Shown: positions 14,265 to 29,090, counted from the first letter of the stretch. The stretch: 64,000 nucleotides of DNA from Octopus vulgaris (GCA_951406725.2 OX597835.1:16926001-16990000); one strand, 5' to 3'. Translations and numbers: made by a program. Notes: a model not told the origin generated them from the letters alone.

Positions 14265-14700
14265 GCTGATTGATGTAAGCATGGGTGTTACAGATTCAAC
14301 AGAAATCAGTGATCTGGTCGGCACTTTCCTTATTCCACAGACTCGACCTTAAAAAGACTTCTATATAACATTGAACTGCTATCGTTACTGAATAATTGCA
14401 ATCTTCAGACTGCAGAAAGTATCAGAAAGATCCCTTAATTCTTTTCGAGGAATTTAGATTCCGTATAATTGCTGAAATCACTCAACACAAATTAGACTTC
14501 CTGACTGGACGTTTTTAAATCATCAACTCTCCTTTTAAGGAAACAAGAATGGGTCGTTAAATTACATAAGCTGCTTACCTAACGACTCCAAAATATAATT
14601 AATAACCTCGTTAAAAACATTTCCATTAAAATCATTAAAATCATTTATGAAGCAACACCTTATTACAATCAAGCCCTTAAAAGAGTGGGGACAAATGGAA
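14265..14700 (+). mobile_element. Penelope-like element reverse transcriptase remnant
   Basis: DVSMGVTDSTEISDLVGTFL, KLDFL, IINNLVKNISIKI and EATPYYNQALKRVG resemble PLE RT/thumb motifs; frameshifted. Confidence 0.7.
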
Positions 14701-16037
14701 AACTTACCACATAGGAGCCGACACAAACCAATCAATTACAAATAACAGTAACACTAGAAACAGAATATACATGCATACATAAATAAACACCCCCACACGC
14801 AAACACACACACGCACGCACATAACGCGGGATAACACACCGTTGTAGCTAATCAAATATTTAGAACCTTTTCCCACCTCTTTAGAACTCTTCTCTTACAG
14901 TACCGTTACGATAGACATTTCAAGAAAATCCCCATGGATTATCTTAGTTTATTATACTTAATTTTGCAGAATTGCAAGCACCATCCCATCTAAAAAGATA
15001 ATCTCTATAACTATGGTTGTTACAGGAATCCAATGTTACAACAACCACACTCATACATTTAGAAAACTGAAACATCACACCCAAAATTCATTTGAGTGTG
15101 AACAGAAAGAATGCTACAAATGCTCTTAACTACACACGCAATTGGAAAATAGCATCCAAGTCACTATTATATGACGGAAAGAAGAGACCTTCCTAGTTAT
15201 GCTGAAGATAGCCCTTAGCTATCACGTTTTCCAACGGCAATCTACTAAGCAAGCACAATAAAATGATTTCCGCGTGTGACGCAGCTTCAGAACCCCATCT
15301 CTCTAATAAATCCGAACTTCAGTGTGAAGATAACAAGTATCCCACAACATAAACGTATTCAAGTCATAAAAAACCTTACCAATAACATTGGTTTAATTAT
15401 TCAAAATGACTCAACCATTGTTTCTATCTATACATTGTTCACTTTAACATTTTGAAATTAGCTATATGCTCAGATACATGAAATGAATATATTTTAACGC
15501 TCACACAGCCGTTTATTGATCTTCCCAAATTGTTTTGTGATCTCACAGTCCTCTCAGAAGGGCCAGTATTTAGGACTTGTTTCGTGATGAAAAATTAGAT
15601 GATGACAGACTGGATGATGAGAGATAAACCATTACCGAGATAAATCTTCTGTCTAACGCTGTTAATTTTAATCAATGGTTTCGCATATTTTCTTGTTGAC
15701 AGCAGTGTACAACGATATTCCAGGTTTGTATTATAAATTGTTATCTTTTAGAAAATAGCCGGATACAGACAGATTTCGTCACTTCTCTCTGTCTTCTGCT
15801 ACCCTCTGACGGATTCGGTATGAGTTCTGGCCTGGTTGTCATAATCATGAATGTACCATGAGCTAGTTAGTTTACTGGTGCCTATTCCTCTCCAAGTGCG
15901 TGTTAAACACGGGTACACCAAAAAGAAATCTGCTTACTTGTAGCCAATACACTTTATCTACTCGGAGTTGCCCAGTATTTTCACTCTACATTAGTGCAAG
16001 TTAAACACGGGTACATTTAAGACGATCTACAACTTAC

Positions 16038-16124
16038 CTGTAGTGAATACGTTACTGAGCCACCCGGGCCATTGTCGGGGTCGTATGTAGAGACGCTCTT
16101 TATGACGGAACCCACTTTTGTGTT
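16038..16124 (-). CDS. Cadherin exon 6 (EC2): NTKVGSVIKSVSTYDPDNGPGGSVTYSLQ
   Basis: Acceptor ttttttctctccaacag|, donor |gtaagt; 87 nt, phase 0-0; DPDxG and GxVxYS motifs. No further exon was found in 1-16000, so the gene continues beyond the left edge. Confidence 0.95.
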
Positions 16125-16196
16125 CTGTTGGAGAGAAAAAAGTGAAGTAGAAAGAATTAATGATAAAATTAATTAACAATTACTTAACAACATGTT

Positions 16197-16357
16197 AATT
16201 TTGGTTTCAAATTCTAGACAAGGTCAACAGTTTTGGGAGCTGGAGGATGTCGATTACATCGACCCCAGTGTTCAACTGGTACATGTTTTATCGATCTTGA
16301 AAGGATGAAAGGCAAAATCGACCTCGGCGAAAGTTGAACTTAGAACATAATGACGGG
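16197..16357 (-). mobile_element. SINE family B, degenerate
   Basis: GATTACATCGACCCCAG...GAAAGGATGAAAGGCAAA core. Confidence 0.75.
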
Positions 16358-16689
16358 TAAACAGTATATTAATCTACCCCAGATACCCCAAAACTCAGCC
16401 TCATCAATCATCTATTTGGCATGGTTATATAACATACCAATCTAGGGTCCATGCCAATGATTTTCAACCTTTTTAATACGAGAGTCAATTAAAGAAAAAA
16501 TTATTTATATTTATAGAAGGGAAGACTGTCAGGAGCTGCTGAAAGGATACTTGAGGGCTACATGTGGCCATGGAAACCGCAGTGAAGAACTGTTGATGGA
16601 GGCCTTCGGTGGGGGAAATTCAAATCCATCAATGCATTTTAAATTCAAAACGTAAAGATCCGAAACACACACAGAGGCACACACACACA

Positions 16690-16772
<83 letters not shown>

Positions 16773-17497
16773 CACAGACTCATACATTACACATAGTGTT
16801 TATCGCCACTTTAACGTGGGTATTTTCTTAGAACCGATGGTACTGCTGCTATACGCACACAAACACAAACACACACACGCACACACAAATATACACACAC
16901 ACACACACACACACACACTCTCTCTCACAAAGGGTGCACCGGGTATTTGGGAAACTGAATTTTGCTGGCCATTAATGGAAGACGATCTAACGTAATGTTA
17001 TGCTGCATGCACCAAATCTAATCTTGTTTGCTCATCAATTGAAATACGCATTGTGAGATAGGTGACCATATATGATTAGATTTGATTTTATTTCGAAAAT
17101 TCTATGATGCTGATCGCATTATTGATTGTCGCAAAAGAAATAACAAAATTAGAAAACAAAACCAGAAACAAAAACAGTATTCGGAATTTTGAGAGCAGTT
17201 CTTAAAAATGGTTACTGGCTATCAGATAGCTATGGATATTCTGCACATTGTTTTAAAAAATAGGAATACACTGGAAGAGAGCCATGCGTACCATGTATTT
17301 TTTAAAATAGTGGACTACATTACCAGAGAGCTATGTGTATCCTGTATTTAAAAAAGTAGGAACAAACTTTGAAAGGGCTATGGGGTATCGTGTATTTTTT
17401 ATAGTTAGAGTGTTATAGGTTCTCTGTATGTTTCAAAAATAAGCAGAGACTCTTGGAGAGTTGAAGACACCCTCTGTTTATCGAATATTGAAACACA

Positions 17498-18038
17498 TTG
17501 GTTTCAAATTTTGGCAAAAATGTATCAATTTCGGTGAAGGGGTTAAATCGACCTCGGCGGAATTTGAACTCAGAACGTGAAGACGAACGAAATATCGCTA
17601 AGCATTTTGCCCGGCGCGTTAACGATTCTACTAGCTCACCGCCTAAAATATTTATCTCTTTATTGCCCACAGGGGACTAAACATAGAGGAGACAAACAAG
17701 GACAGACAAAGGGATTAAGTCGATTAACTGGTACTTATTTAAACGACCCTGAAAGGATGAAAGGCAAAGTCGACCTCGGCGGAATTTGAACTCAGACGAA
17801 ACACCTATTTATTTACTACACACAAGGGGCTAAACATAGAGGAGAGAAACAAGGACAGACAAACGGATTAAGTCGATTACATCGACCCCAGTGCTTAACT
17901 GGTACTTAATTTATCGACCCCGAAAGGATGAAAGGCAAAGTCGACCTTGGCGGAATTCGAACTCAGAACGTAACGGTAGACGAAATACCGCTAAGCATTT
18001 CGCCCGGCGTGCTAACGGTTCTGCCTGCTCGCCGCCTT
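17498..18038 (-). mobile_element. Three partial tandem SINE family B copies
   Basis: Repeated GAAAGGATGAAAGGCAAAGTCGACC and GAACTCAGA blocks; two copies carry the long tail. Confidence 0.85.
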
Positions 18039-18415
18039 AAATATTGATACATATTGTTAGAGAGTTATGGGTACCTTGTATTTTTCAAAACTAGGTACAC
18101 ACAGTGTCAGAGAGCTACGGGTTTTCTGTATATTTAAAAAGAGATATAGGCTGTCAAAAAAGCTAAGAGTACTTGGGACATTTCAGAGAAAGGTAGAGGC
18201 TGCTAAAGTGCTATGGGTACCCTATAATTTACAAAAATAGGCCTACCCTGTCAGAAAGCTATGGGTATTCTATATTTCTTAGAAAAGAGCTATGATTATC
18301 GTGGATTCCTTTGAAAACAAGCGTTGGTGTTCTGTATTTTAAACACTATGTCAAACATTTATGGGTACCCTGTAATCTGAAGGTTATGTTTGCTCTGTAT
18401 TATTAGGTTCAGAAT

Positions 18416-18597
18416 AAGGCAGCAAGCTGGAAGAGTCGTTAGCACGCTGGGCAAAATGCTTAGCGGTATTTCGTCCGTCTTTACGCGCGGAGTTCAAATT
18501 CTGCTGAGGTCGATTAAATAAGTACCAGCTAAGTACTGGGGTTGATGTAATTGACTCCCGAAATTACTGGCCTTGTGCCAAAATATGAAACCATTAT
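18416..18597 (+). mobile_element. SINE family B
   Basis: AAGGCAGCAAGCTGG..GTTAGCACGC..GAGTTCAAATT head. Confidence 0.8.
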
Positions 18598-18735
18598 TAG
18601 GTACATAAAATGTTAGGGAGTTACAAGTGCACTGTATCTTTGGCAGGGAATATGGTTCCCTATATCCTAGGAACAGACAATATCAGAGTGCTGTGATAGC
18701 TCTGTATTATTTGGTACAGAGGTGCGTTGGTTAAG

Positions 18736-18885
18736 TGGAGGCGCGTGGCTTAATGGTTAGGGTGTTGGACTCAGAACCGTAAGATTGTGGTTTCTATTCC
18801 TGGACCGAGCGACGCGTTGCGTTCTTGGGGCAAAGCACTTCATTTCACGTTGCTCCAGTCCACTCAGCTGGCAAAAATGAGTTTA
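18736..18885 (+). mobile_element. tRNA-derived SINE family F (V-like central domain), truncated
   Basis: A-box TGGCTTAATGG, then CACTTCATTTCACGTTGCTCCAGTCCACTCAGCTG shared with 51785-51997. Confidence 0.75.
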
Positions 18886-19906
18886 GCATGGAGGGGGATG
18901 GGCTCTGCCGGGCTTTCTCGCCCTAGATACGCTGCATAGCTGCAGTGCCCCAACGCCCCCAAAGGGTTAAGGGACTTGTCAATGCTAAAGAAGTATGGGT
19001 ATTCTGCATATTCTAAAAACAGATACTGGTTCGCAGAGAGCTATGGTTACTGAGTATTTTCCAAAAATAGGCACAGACTGTCAGAGAGATAGAACTACCC
19101 CGTATTTTATGAAACGGACTATAGTAGAGAGCTATCTATAGTAGAAAGCGTTACGGATGGGTACTTTGTGTTTTAGGAATCGAGTTTGTCAAAGGCCAAT
19201 GTGTACCCTGTATCCGGGACACAAACTATGTCAGAAACGTATGGTAGTTCAGTATCATTAAGTGTAACGAATATGAGAGAGCTTTTGGGTACTTTTTATT
19301 TTTCGGCACAACTCTATGTCAAAGCGTTATGCGTGGGTATCCTGTATCTTAGGAACAGGTTATAGCATAGAGCTATGCTAGCTTCGGAATATTACAAAAC
19401 ATAAATGTCTGTAATTGAGATTGAGTGTTTCCAGCACAGAAACAAAGCTGCAAAATAACTGAAAAGAAAAACCAAAAAAGAAAAACGAAAAACGAAAAAA
19501 AAAAAAAAAACCCCGAAAATATTCAAACACTGTTTTTCTTTTACTATTTTATTAGTTTTTATTTTCTTCATGAAAATAATCAATTTTTATTTGCCATGCA
19601 ACGATATATTTCTGCATTGCAACAGAGAACAATCATCTCACAACAAGTGAACAGCACAAGAAAAGAAGTGCTTTTTTTTTTTTTTTTTTTTCAAAATTTT
19701 ATATTTGTTGTTTTTTTTTCTTTCATTGTTTGGTAAAAGACAAGCTTTAGCACCAGTGTCTACAGCGTTCATTAGTTGTCTTCAATTAATTGACGTCTGG
19801 TGTTGACATCGGTTCGGGTCACTTCTTCCTCAGTCTCTATCAAAAGTAACCAAGTCTGAAGGATTTCGTTCTCGCTCTTTCAGTGTTATATCAGTTATAG
19901 AGACGT

Positions 19907-19950
<44 letters not shown>

Positions 19951-20087
19951 TTGCATTGTGTGTGTACATGCGTGTGTGTGTGTCTGTGTTAGCATTGTGT
20001 GTATGTGTTTGCATTGTGTGTATGTGTACGGTTGTGAGTCTTTTCGCTTGTGTTCGTATCTCTGTGTATGCGTGTATGTATTCATGC

Positions 20088-20254
20088 ATGTATGTATGTA
20101 TGTATGTATGTATGTATGTATGTATGTATGTATGTATGTATGTATGTATGTATGTATGTATGTATGTATGTATGTATGTATGTATGTATGTATGTATGTA
20201 TGTATGTATGTATGTATGTATGCATGCATGCATGTATGTATGTATGTATGTATG

Positions 20255-20285
<31 letters not shown>

Positions 20286-20800
20286 TGTATGTATGTATGT
20301 ATGTATGTATGTATGTATGTATGTATGTATGTATGTATGTATGTATGTATGTATGTATGTATGTATGTATGTATGTATGTATGTATGTATGTATGTATGT
20401 ATGTATGTATGTATGTATGTATGTATGTATGTATGTATGTATGTATGTATGTATGTATGTATGTATGTATGTATGTATGTATGTATGTATGTATGTATGT
20501 ATGTATGTATGTATGTATGTATGTATGTATGTATGTATGTATGTATGTATGTATGTATGTATGTATGTATGTATGTATGTATGTATGTGTGTATGTATGT
20601 ATGTATGTATGTATGTATGTATGTATGTATGCATGCATGTATGTATGTATGTATGTATGTATGTATGTATGTATGTATGTATGTATGTATGTATGTATGT
20701 ATGTATGAATGTATGTATGTATGTATGTATGTATGTATGTATGTATGTATGTGTATGTATGTATGTATGTATGTGTATGTATGTATGTATGTATGTATGT
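20088..20800. repeat. (ATGT)n tetranucleotide tract, ~700 bp
   Basis: Read directly. Confidence 0.98.
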
Positions 20801-21107
20801 ATGTGTGTGTGTGTATGTATATATGTTGTGTGTATGCGTTGGTGTATATATGTATTGTGGGTGTTCTTTGTACGGGAAATCCAGCCTCTGCGTTTCTACA
20901 TCTATGTGTATGTCTGTGTGTGTGTGTGTGTGTGTATACACACACATGCTTACGTATATATGTATATATATGTATATACATATATATATATACGTGTATG
21001 TATACACATGTACACACGAATACTCACAGTACCCGCACAGGCACACCCGAAGACCCGCACACTTACACATATACATATATTATGTACGTGTATGTATATA
21101 AATGCAC

Positions 21108-21155
<48 letters not shown>

Positions 21156-21233
21156 TATATATTCACATATACACTAATATATGAATAAACATATATACAT
21201 AATTGCATACATATAATTATATATACATATAAT

Positions 21234-21264
<31 letters not shown>

Positions 21265-22252
21265 GTATGTATATATATATATATATAAATGTATATATAT
21301 ATATATATATATATACATATATATACATATACAAATATCATTGATATCACGACAAATGCAACTGAACAAAGAAACAAGTGGAACATCAACAACTACAACA
21401 GCAACAACAACAATAGCAACCACACCAATAACCATCACAAGAAGAATAACCCTAATTCTTTGGGCAATTTTATTTCTATTTCTTTTACCCCTTCTTCCTC
21501 CTCTTCTTTCCTTTCTCGTTCCACGTTCAAAACATTATAGTTTTTGTTGTTAAAAAAAAACAATAAAAAAAGCAACAAACAAAACTACACCCTACACCCT
21601 ACACACACCCGCCAGTATGATAAAACTCCCAAAAAAACAAAACAAAACAAAAAACAAAACAGAAAAAAGAAAAGAAGTCTTTACGCTCTTCTGTAATGGA
21701 GAATATTAAGGACTAAACAACTGTAAATGGCGGATGGCGAATCGAGCCTAATGATAGTGAACTAAGATGGAGGAATTGCTGGTAACAATAACAAAAACAA
21801 CAACAACAAAAAGCTACTGTATTCCTCAGATATAAAGAAATAGAATAAAACAAAAAAAAAAAAAGAAGACAAAACTGCTCATTATTGGATTTTTGTGAGT
21901 TTCAATGTTTTATTGAAATTTTGATTGTGTTTTTGTTATGTTATATTATTTTTTTGTTGTTGAAGGGATCGATCGCAATTTTATAACACGACTTGAATTA
22001 TAAATGTCTGATTAAGTGGTTTTTTTTTTTTTTTTTGAAATTCTTTCTATGTTGGTTTCTATCTTCTTTTTCTTTTTCTTATTTTATGCCATTTTGTTTT
22101 CTTCGGCAGTTGTTGTTGCTGTTGTTGTTGTTATTGTTGTTGCTGTTTTCTTTTCACAATTTCAAAAGCGCCACTGTAACGCTGTAAAATAGCTTTAACA
22201 CACGGGGAGATAACCTGATATGAGTGTGTTTTGCGTTTGTTGTCTGTGTGTG

Positions 22253-22339
<87 letters not shown>

Positions 22340-22477
22340 ATATTCATAGATGTATAAACATAAATACATATATATGTATATATATATAAGCATATGCATA
22401 TATGTGTATATATACACCCTTTTGTATAGATATACATATATACACATATATATATGTTTATACATACATACATACAT

Positions 22478-22521
<44 letters not shown>

Positions 22522-22656
22522 GCACACACAGAAACATGCATACGTACGCACATATATACATACATACATATATATGTATACATACATACACACACACACA
22601 CATATATATACATATGTATGTGTATATATATATATATATATATACATATATGTATG

Positions 22657-22772
<116 letters not shown>

Positions 22773-23771
22773 GTATATACATATATATATATGTATATAA
22801 TACAGAATAAGTGAGAGATTTCTATCAGAACTGGTAAACGGCTGTGAATGGTGATGAATGAATTGAGATGAATGATAGATGCCGCGGTGGTTAGGGTAGT
22901 GGCAGTGGTGATGATGGGGGTGGGAGGTGGAGTGAGGTAGAATGTAAAGAGTGAAAAATAAGGAAGGAAAAAAGAAGAGGAAGAGGAAATGAAGAGGGGG
23001 ATGGTAGGAGGTGAGTGGAAGAGGAATTGTGAAAAGAGTTGTTGAAGAAAAAACAACAAATGCTTTTGCAAGCTTTAATAGAAAAACGATTGGGGGTGTC
23101 TGTGGGGTGTGTGGGGTGTGAGTAAGTGTTAGTGAGTGAGAGTGTGAGTGAGAGTGTATGATAATGAGTAAAGGCTAGAGAAAAAAGTGAAGAGAGAGAG
23201 AGAATGTATGTAATGGAATGGGTTAAACAGACTTAAAGGCGGTGGTCCGGATTGTGTGTATGTGTGTCGAGTAAAGGAGAAAGAGGAAAGAGGAGAAAGA
23301 GAAAGAAAAGTGAGTGAGAGAGAGAGAGAGTGAGAGAGAGAGTAAGAGAGAGAGAGAGTGAGCGATAGAGATTGGGAGAGAGAGAAAACAATATGAGAAT
23401 GGAGATAAAAGGAAGGGATTCTTCTTTAGAAGAAAAAAGAAGAGAGAGAGAGAGGATGAGAGAGAGAGAGGATGAGAGAGAGAGAGGATGAGAGAGAGAG
23501 AGAGAGAGGGGGAGGGAGGAAGAGGAAAGAGGAGAAGAAAGGATAGAGAAAGGTAGTGAAATATAGGAAAGGTGTATAGCAAAATAGAAGAGAGCTTAGT
23601 CTCTATATCTTTTTCGTTCACTGTCAATCTCTAGCTCACTCTCTCTTTCTGTCAGTCTGTCTGTCTGTCTGACTCTCCCTTACCCACCTCTCTCTTCATA
23701 TAAGCAGCTACATATGTACACACATACACACTTAAAATATATATATATGTATATATTAAATGTCTACAATA

Positions 23772-24130
<359 letters not shown>

Positions 24131-24506
24131 TTTCCCTGTCTGTCTCTCTGTCTGTCTTTCCGTCCGTCTCTCACTCCCCTCTCTCTCTCTATGTTTATAA
24201 GGAGAAAGTGTGTTAATGAGAGGATAGGGGGAGAGAATCAAATGAAGAGAAAAGAAAGATATTTGAAGTATTTCAAAAGAATCAACCGAAAGAGCAGAAT
24301 ATAGCAACAATGAAACAATCGAGTCTTTCTCTCTCTCGCTCTCTGATTTTCTTTCTCCTCTTCTCTCTCTGATTCGCTGTCTCCTCCTCTCCCTCTCTCT
24401 CTGATTCGCTTTCTCCTCCTCTCTCTCTGATTCCCTTTCTCATCCCTTAAATCTCTCTCTCTCTCCTTAACGCTCTCTCATTGACTCCCTTTCTTCTAAA
24501 TCTCTT

Positions 24507-24546
<40 letters not shown>

Positions 24547-24739
24547 CTCCTCCTCCTCTCTCTCTCCTTGACTGTCATCCTATCACTTTTTCTCCTTAAC
24601 TCTCAATGTCTTCTCACATCTCCTTCTTATCGTTCTAGAACCTTAACCCTCTCACTCTCTCCGCAACTCTCCTTATCTTTTCATCTTCACCTTTCTCTCT
24701 CTCTCCTTATATAACTCTCATTGTCTCTTTTTCCTTCAC

Positions 24740-24782
<43 letters not shown>

Positions 24783-24937
24783 ATCTGTCTGTCTTTCTTT
24801 CTTTAGCCCATTCGCTTCTAAACTCTCTCTCTCTCTCTCTCTCTCTTCTTCTCTCTCTCTCTCTCTCTCTTTATCCGTCTAGCACTTCTTCTCTCTCTCT
24901 CTCCTTATATAACTCTCATACTCTCTTTTTCCTTCAC

Positions 24938-24989
<52 letters not shown>

Positions 24990-25499
24990 TAGCCCATTCA
25001 CTTCTGAACTCTCTCTCTCTCTCTCTTTATCCGTCTATCACTTCTTCTCTCTCTCTCTGTCTGATTTTTAACATTCTCTCCAAATCTTTCTCTTTCTCTT
25101 TCTCTATCCCCTCTCTCTGTCCTCTCCCTTCTTCTCCATTCTTTCTCTCTTTATGGAACGAAGAACATGGAACTAAAACAGAAGACATAAAAGCAACTAA
25201 AATGGCCGCCGTCAGGTGAAAATCGCAGCATAAAAAAAAAGCGGGAAATGAGCGTGGAGTGAGAGGAGTGTAAAGTAAATAGAGCGTGACGGTGAGCGTG
25301 TGTGTGGGTGTTGGTGGGTACAACTTGTGGAGTGTGACAGCGTTTCCATTGATTGTTGCGAGTCAGCCGCCATCTTCTCATTATCTTCATCTTCAGCTTC
25401 GTCTCCATCGTCGCCGTCGTCGTCGTATTTCACACTCTCCACCAATACAATCGTTATCATCGTCAATATCGTCATTCTTGTCATCGCCGTCGTCGCAAT

Positions 25500-25594
25500 G
25501 ACATCACCGCCGCCACCACCACCACCGCCGTCGCCGCCGCCGCCGCCACCGCCATCGCCATCATCATCATCATCATCATCAACATCATCATCAC

Positions 25595-25646
<52 letters not shown>

Positions 25647-25902
25647 TTCATCCTCATCATTATCGTCATTATCATCATCATCATCATCGTCATTATCATC
25701 ATCATCATCATCATCATCATCACCAGCAGCAGCAGTAGCAGCAGCAGCAGTAGCAGCAGCAGCAGTAGCAGCAACAGTAGCAGCAGCAGTAGCAGCAGCA
25801 GCAGTAGTAGTAGCAGTAGTAGTAGCAGCAGTAGCAGCAGTAGAAGCAACAGCCGAAGCAGAGCAGGAGCAACAGCAAACGCAGCATCACCATCACCACC
25901 AC

Positions 25903-25966
<64 letters not shown>

Positions 25967-25975
25967 GGCGTCATC
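25500..25975. repeat. Compound (CCG/ATC/CAG)n trinucleotide tract
   Basis: Read directly. Confidence 0.95.
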
Positions 25976-26492
25976 ATCTGCCTCCTTTCCTTCATTGCCT
26001 TCCTCTTCGATGTCTTCAATGAATAACTTCTTTTTTTTTATCAGTCTCGCAATCTTCTTCGTCTCTATCTTTCTCTTTGTCCCCGCCCACTCTCTCTCTC
26101 TCCCTCCCCCTCTCTCTCTCTCTCTCTCTCTCCCTCCCTCTCTCTCTCTCTCTCCCTCCCTCTCTCTCTCTCTCTCTATCTGTCATTCTACTATTGTTTT
26201 CTATTTGCATCTCTGTCTCTCTCCGTTCTTCGCTCAAAGTCTCCCTACCTTACTTCTCTTTCTGTTTCCACCTCTCTACCATTCACTATACCTATCTCTC
26301 CACTTCGCTATCTCTCTATCTCTTTCTCTGTTTTCTATCTCCCTCTGCCGCTCTATTATTGTCTTTCTATTTGCGTCTCTGTCTCTCTCTCTGTCTCCCC
26401 ATCTTTCTCCACACCCCTCTTTCTGTTTCGACCTCTCTATCATTTACTATGTCGATATTTCTCTCTTGTTATCACAATACGTCTTCCTCTGT

Positions 26493-26543
<51 letters not shown>

Positions 26544-27641
26544 CTCCTGCTCTGTCACTCTTTGTCTCTCTTTCTCTGTTCTATTTGACCTCATTTCATT
26601 TCACACGTCTTTAACATACGGATTTGACTTTAATGCGATTTTCAGCTGACGTTCTGGACGTAAAATCCTGTAGCCGAATACTGCGTCGTTGAGTTAATTG
26701 CCTCAGCTAATGGAATATAATCCCACACATGCCAACAGTTATGTAGCTAAAGCACACACAAGACCGGCTTTTCATTAACACATGACAGTGGCAAAATAGT
26801 TGAAAATGAATCATCAAATGGATTTTGATGATCTTGTGACCTGGCTCCTCTAAACGACAAATTCTGATTGGTTATTCTTTGAGGAGAGCAAATATACGAA
26901 TGGCTGCTCATTTGAATCATAAACAAATATGCGTAGAGCATCTTCATGTCGGATGGGGTTTGCAAATGACACATTTCCTACGCTAATGAAGATTTAGGTC
27001 AATGCACTATTAAATTTAAAGTAACCAGCTGGCAGAATCGCAAGCGCGTCAAACAAAATGCTTAGCGGCATTTCTTCTGGCTCTCCACGTTCTTAGCTCA
27101 AATTCCTTCGATGTCGGCTTTGCTTTTCATCCTTCAGGGTCGATGAAATAAAGTACGACTCAAATACTTTGTTCTGTGTAACCGACTTGTAACCGACTTG
27201 TCCCCGTTCCTCAGAATTTCTGGCTTTGAACCCTGCAACGGGCCGGCATCCCGTTCAAGGGGTATGTCGATATCTTGGTGACTTTTACCTCATGGAAACC
27301 AGCCTTATGAATCTTATCCCCCCACCCGCCCACACAAATGGGACGAGAAGCAGACGTGAGAGGGCCAGTGTTGAGTGGCCAGAAACATTCTTTTACGTCG
27401 TGGATTTCGAAACTGAAGAGATGTTGCCAATGGTTTAGTCGCAAAATCGGACAGACGGGGTTTGGATAACCTGTTGAACATTGATTAGATGCCTGTATGA
27501 ACAAATGCATCTTGAGTGTCACGTGTAACATAGGTCACAAGGTTAAATTTGACACTTGATCGAGGATATTCTAAATCTAATCCTTACCAGATTTTAACGG
27601 AAACATAATTTATTATGAACGACAGTATTTGTTGTGTTTTT

Positions 27642-27880
27642 TTGTTGTTTAGACTTCAGGCCAGACTGGACCCAAGATATTCTCCTTTTGACCATCCCAT
27701 CTTTTTCTTTAACCAATCGCTGAATGTAGCCTTCCTTTTTAAAGAGAATAGCAAGCTGTGTAAGAACAGGAAGCTGAAGGAGACTTGACTACTATTTTAG
27801 GAGAATAAGAAGCTGTATGAGGGAGATTTGGTTGCTATTTTAGGAGAATAGGAATATGAGCAAAGGAGATTTGGCTGCTA
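27642..27880 (+). repeat. Old dispersed repeat family E (also ~30915-31070 and ~61920-62105)
   Basis: Shared diverged blocks TTGTYGTTTAG..CAGG, ATCAAA..TTCCAG..GACCAT and GATTTGGCTGCTATTT. Confidence 0.5.
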
Positions 27881-28538
27881 AAATACACGTGATTTAACGC
27901 TCACGTAACAGTAATCTCTGTGACGGTTAGATCTCAAGGTTGCTTAGTTAAATCTGACCCTTGTGGTTCGGCGATCACATGACAGCGTTTATGTCAGAAC
28001 ACCAAGGTCACATGGTTTTATGGCTACGTATCAAAGTTCATGATGCAAAATCTGTGTTACCCGCCTCATGTAGTTTTTAAAAAAAACATACGTCATGAAT
28101 ATTGCGAACTGAATATAAAAGCAACAAAAATAATATCTCAACAGTTATATGTTGCCAACGGATCATTTATTGGTTCACCATCTTTAAGATGGCGACAGTG
28201 ATGATGGTATGTAGCCATCTTGCTATATTATTCTCTCTATATTTATCCCTCCTCCTCTCTATTTCTCTCACTTTTTTCTCAGTCGCTTTCCCTCTTTCTT
28301 TCCATATTTCATCTCTCTCAGTTGGTCTCCCTCACTCTCTTTTTTGTCTTTCCGTCACTGTCTGTCTCTGTCTCCGTCTCTCTCTCTCTTTCTCTCTGCC
28401 CCTCTTTTGTCTCTCTCTCTCTCTGTGTCATCGTCTCTCTCTGTCTGCGCATCGCTCTCTTTTTCCTCTGCCTCTGTTTTTCTGTCCTCTGTATGTCTTA
28501 CTCTTTCTTGTCTTTGTCTCTCTCTTGCTATGTCTGTG

Positions 28539-28571
<33 letters not shown>

Positions 28572-29090
28572 CTCTTTCTCTGTTTCTCTCTCTCACCCTC
28601 TCTCTCTGTCTATCTCAGTCTCTTTCTGTCTGTCTCTCTATCTCTTTCTCTCTCACCCTCTCACTCTTCCCCCCTCTCTTCCCCTCTCTCTCTTTCTCCC
28701 CTCTTTCTCTTTATATATTCCATATTTCACTCTACAAGTTAATACATGGATTTAATTTGACTTTAATGTAACTTTCATCTGAGCTCCAGGCCATTAAAAT
28801 CCTCTGGCCGAAAACTGTGCCGTCGAGTTAATTGTATTAACTACTAGAATATAATTATTAACATGCCAGCAGTTATATGGCTAAGTCTGACGCAAAGATA
28901 GCCCTTAATTATCACATGACAATGGTTAAATAGTTAAAGCTGGAACACCGTGTTGTTTTGATAGTCATGTGATCTGACAGCTACTAACGATAAATTCTGA
29001 TTGGATATGCTTTGAAGGGAATAATTATATTACTTATTACTGATCACCTGTTTGAATTATAAATACACACACACACACACACACACACAC

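Larger units (their letters stand above)
17200..19385. repeat. Degenerate ~50-bp minisatellite (unit ~CAGAGAGCTATGGGTACCCTGTATTTTTAAAAATAGG..), interrupted by SINEs
   Basis: The GCTATGGGTA..CTGTA motif recurs at ~40-55 bp spacing. Confidence 0.8.

Noticed and set aside
19750-19805. Foldable segment CACCAG...CTGGTG as a pre-miRNA
   Set aside because: The stem is bulged and asymmetric, not a continuous ~30-bp hairpin.
24700-25060. ~195-bp local duplication (a similar case lies at 44850-45260)
   Set aside because: Ordinary slippage duplication within low-complexity sequence.
25212-25484. Minus-strand ORF with AAGATGGCGG as an alternative first exon
   Set aside because: It hits a stop without a usable donor; better read as YY1-like motifs.
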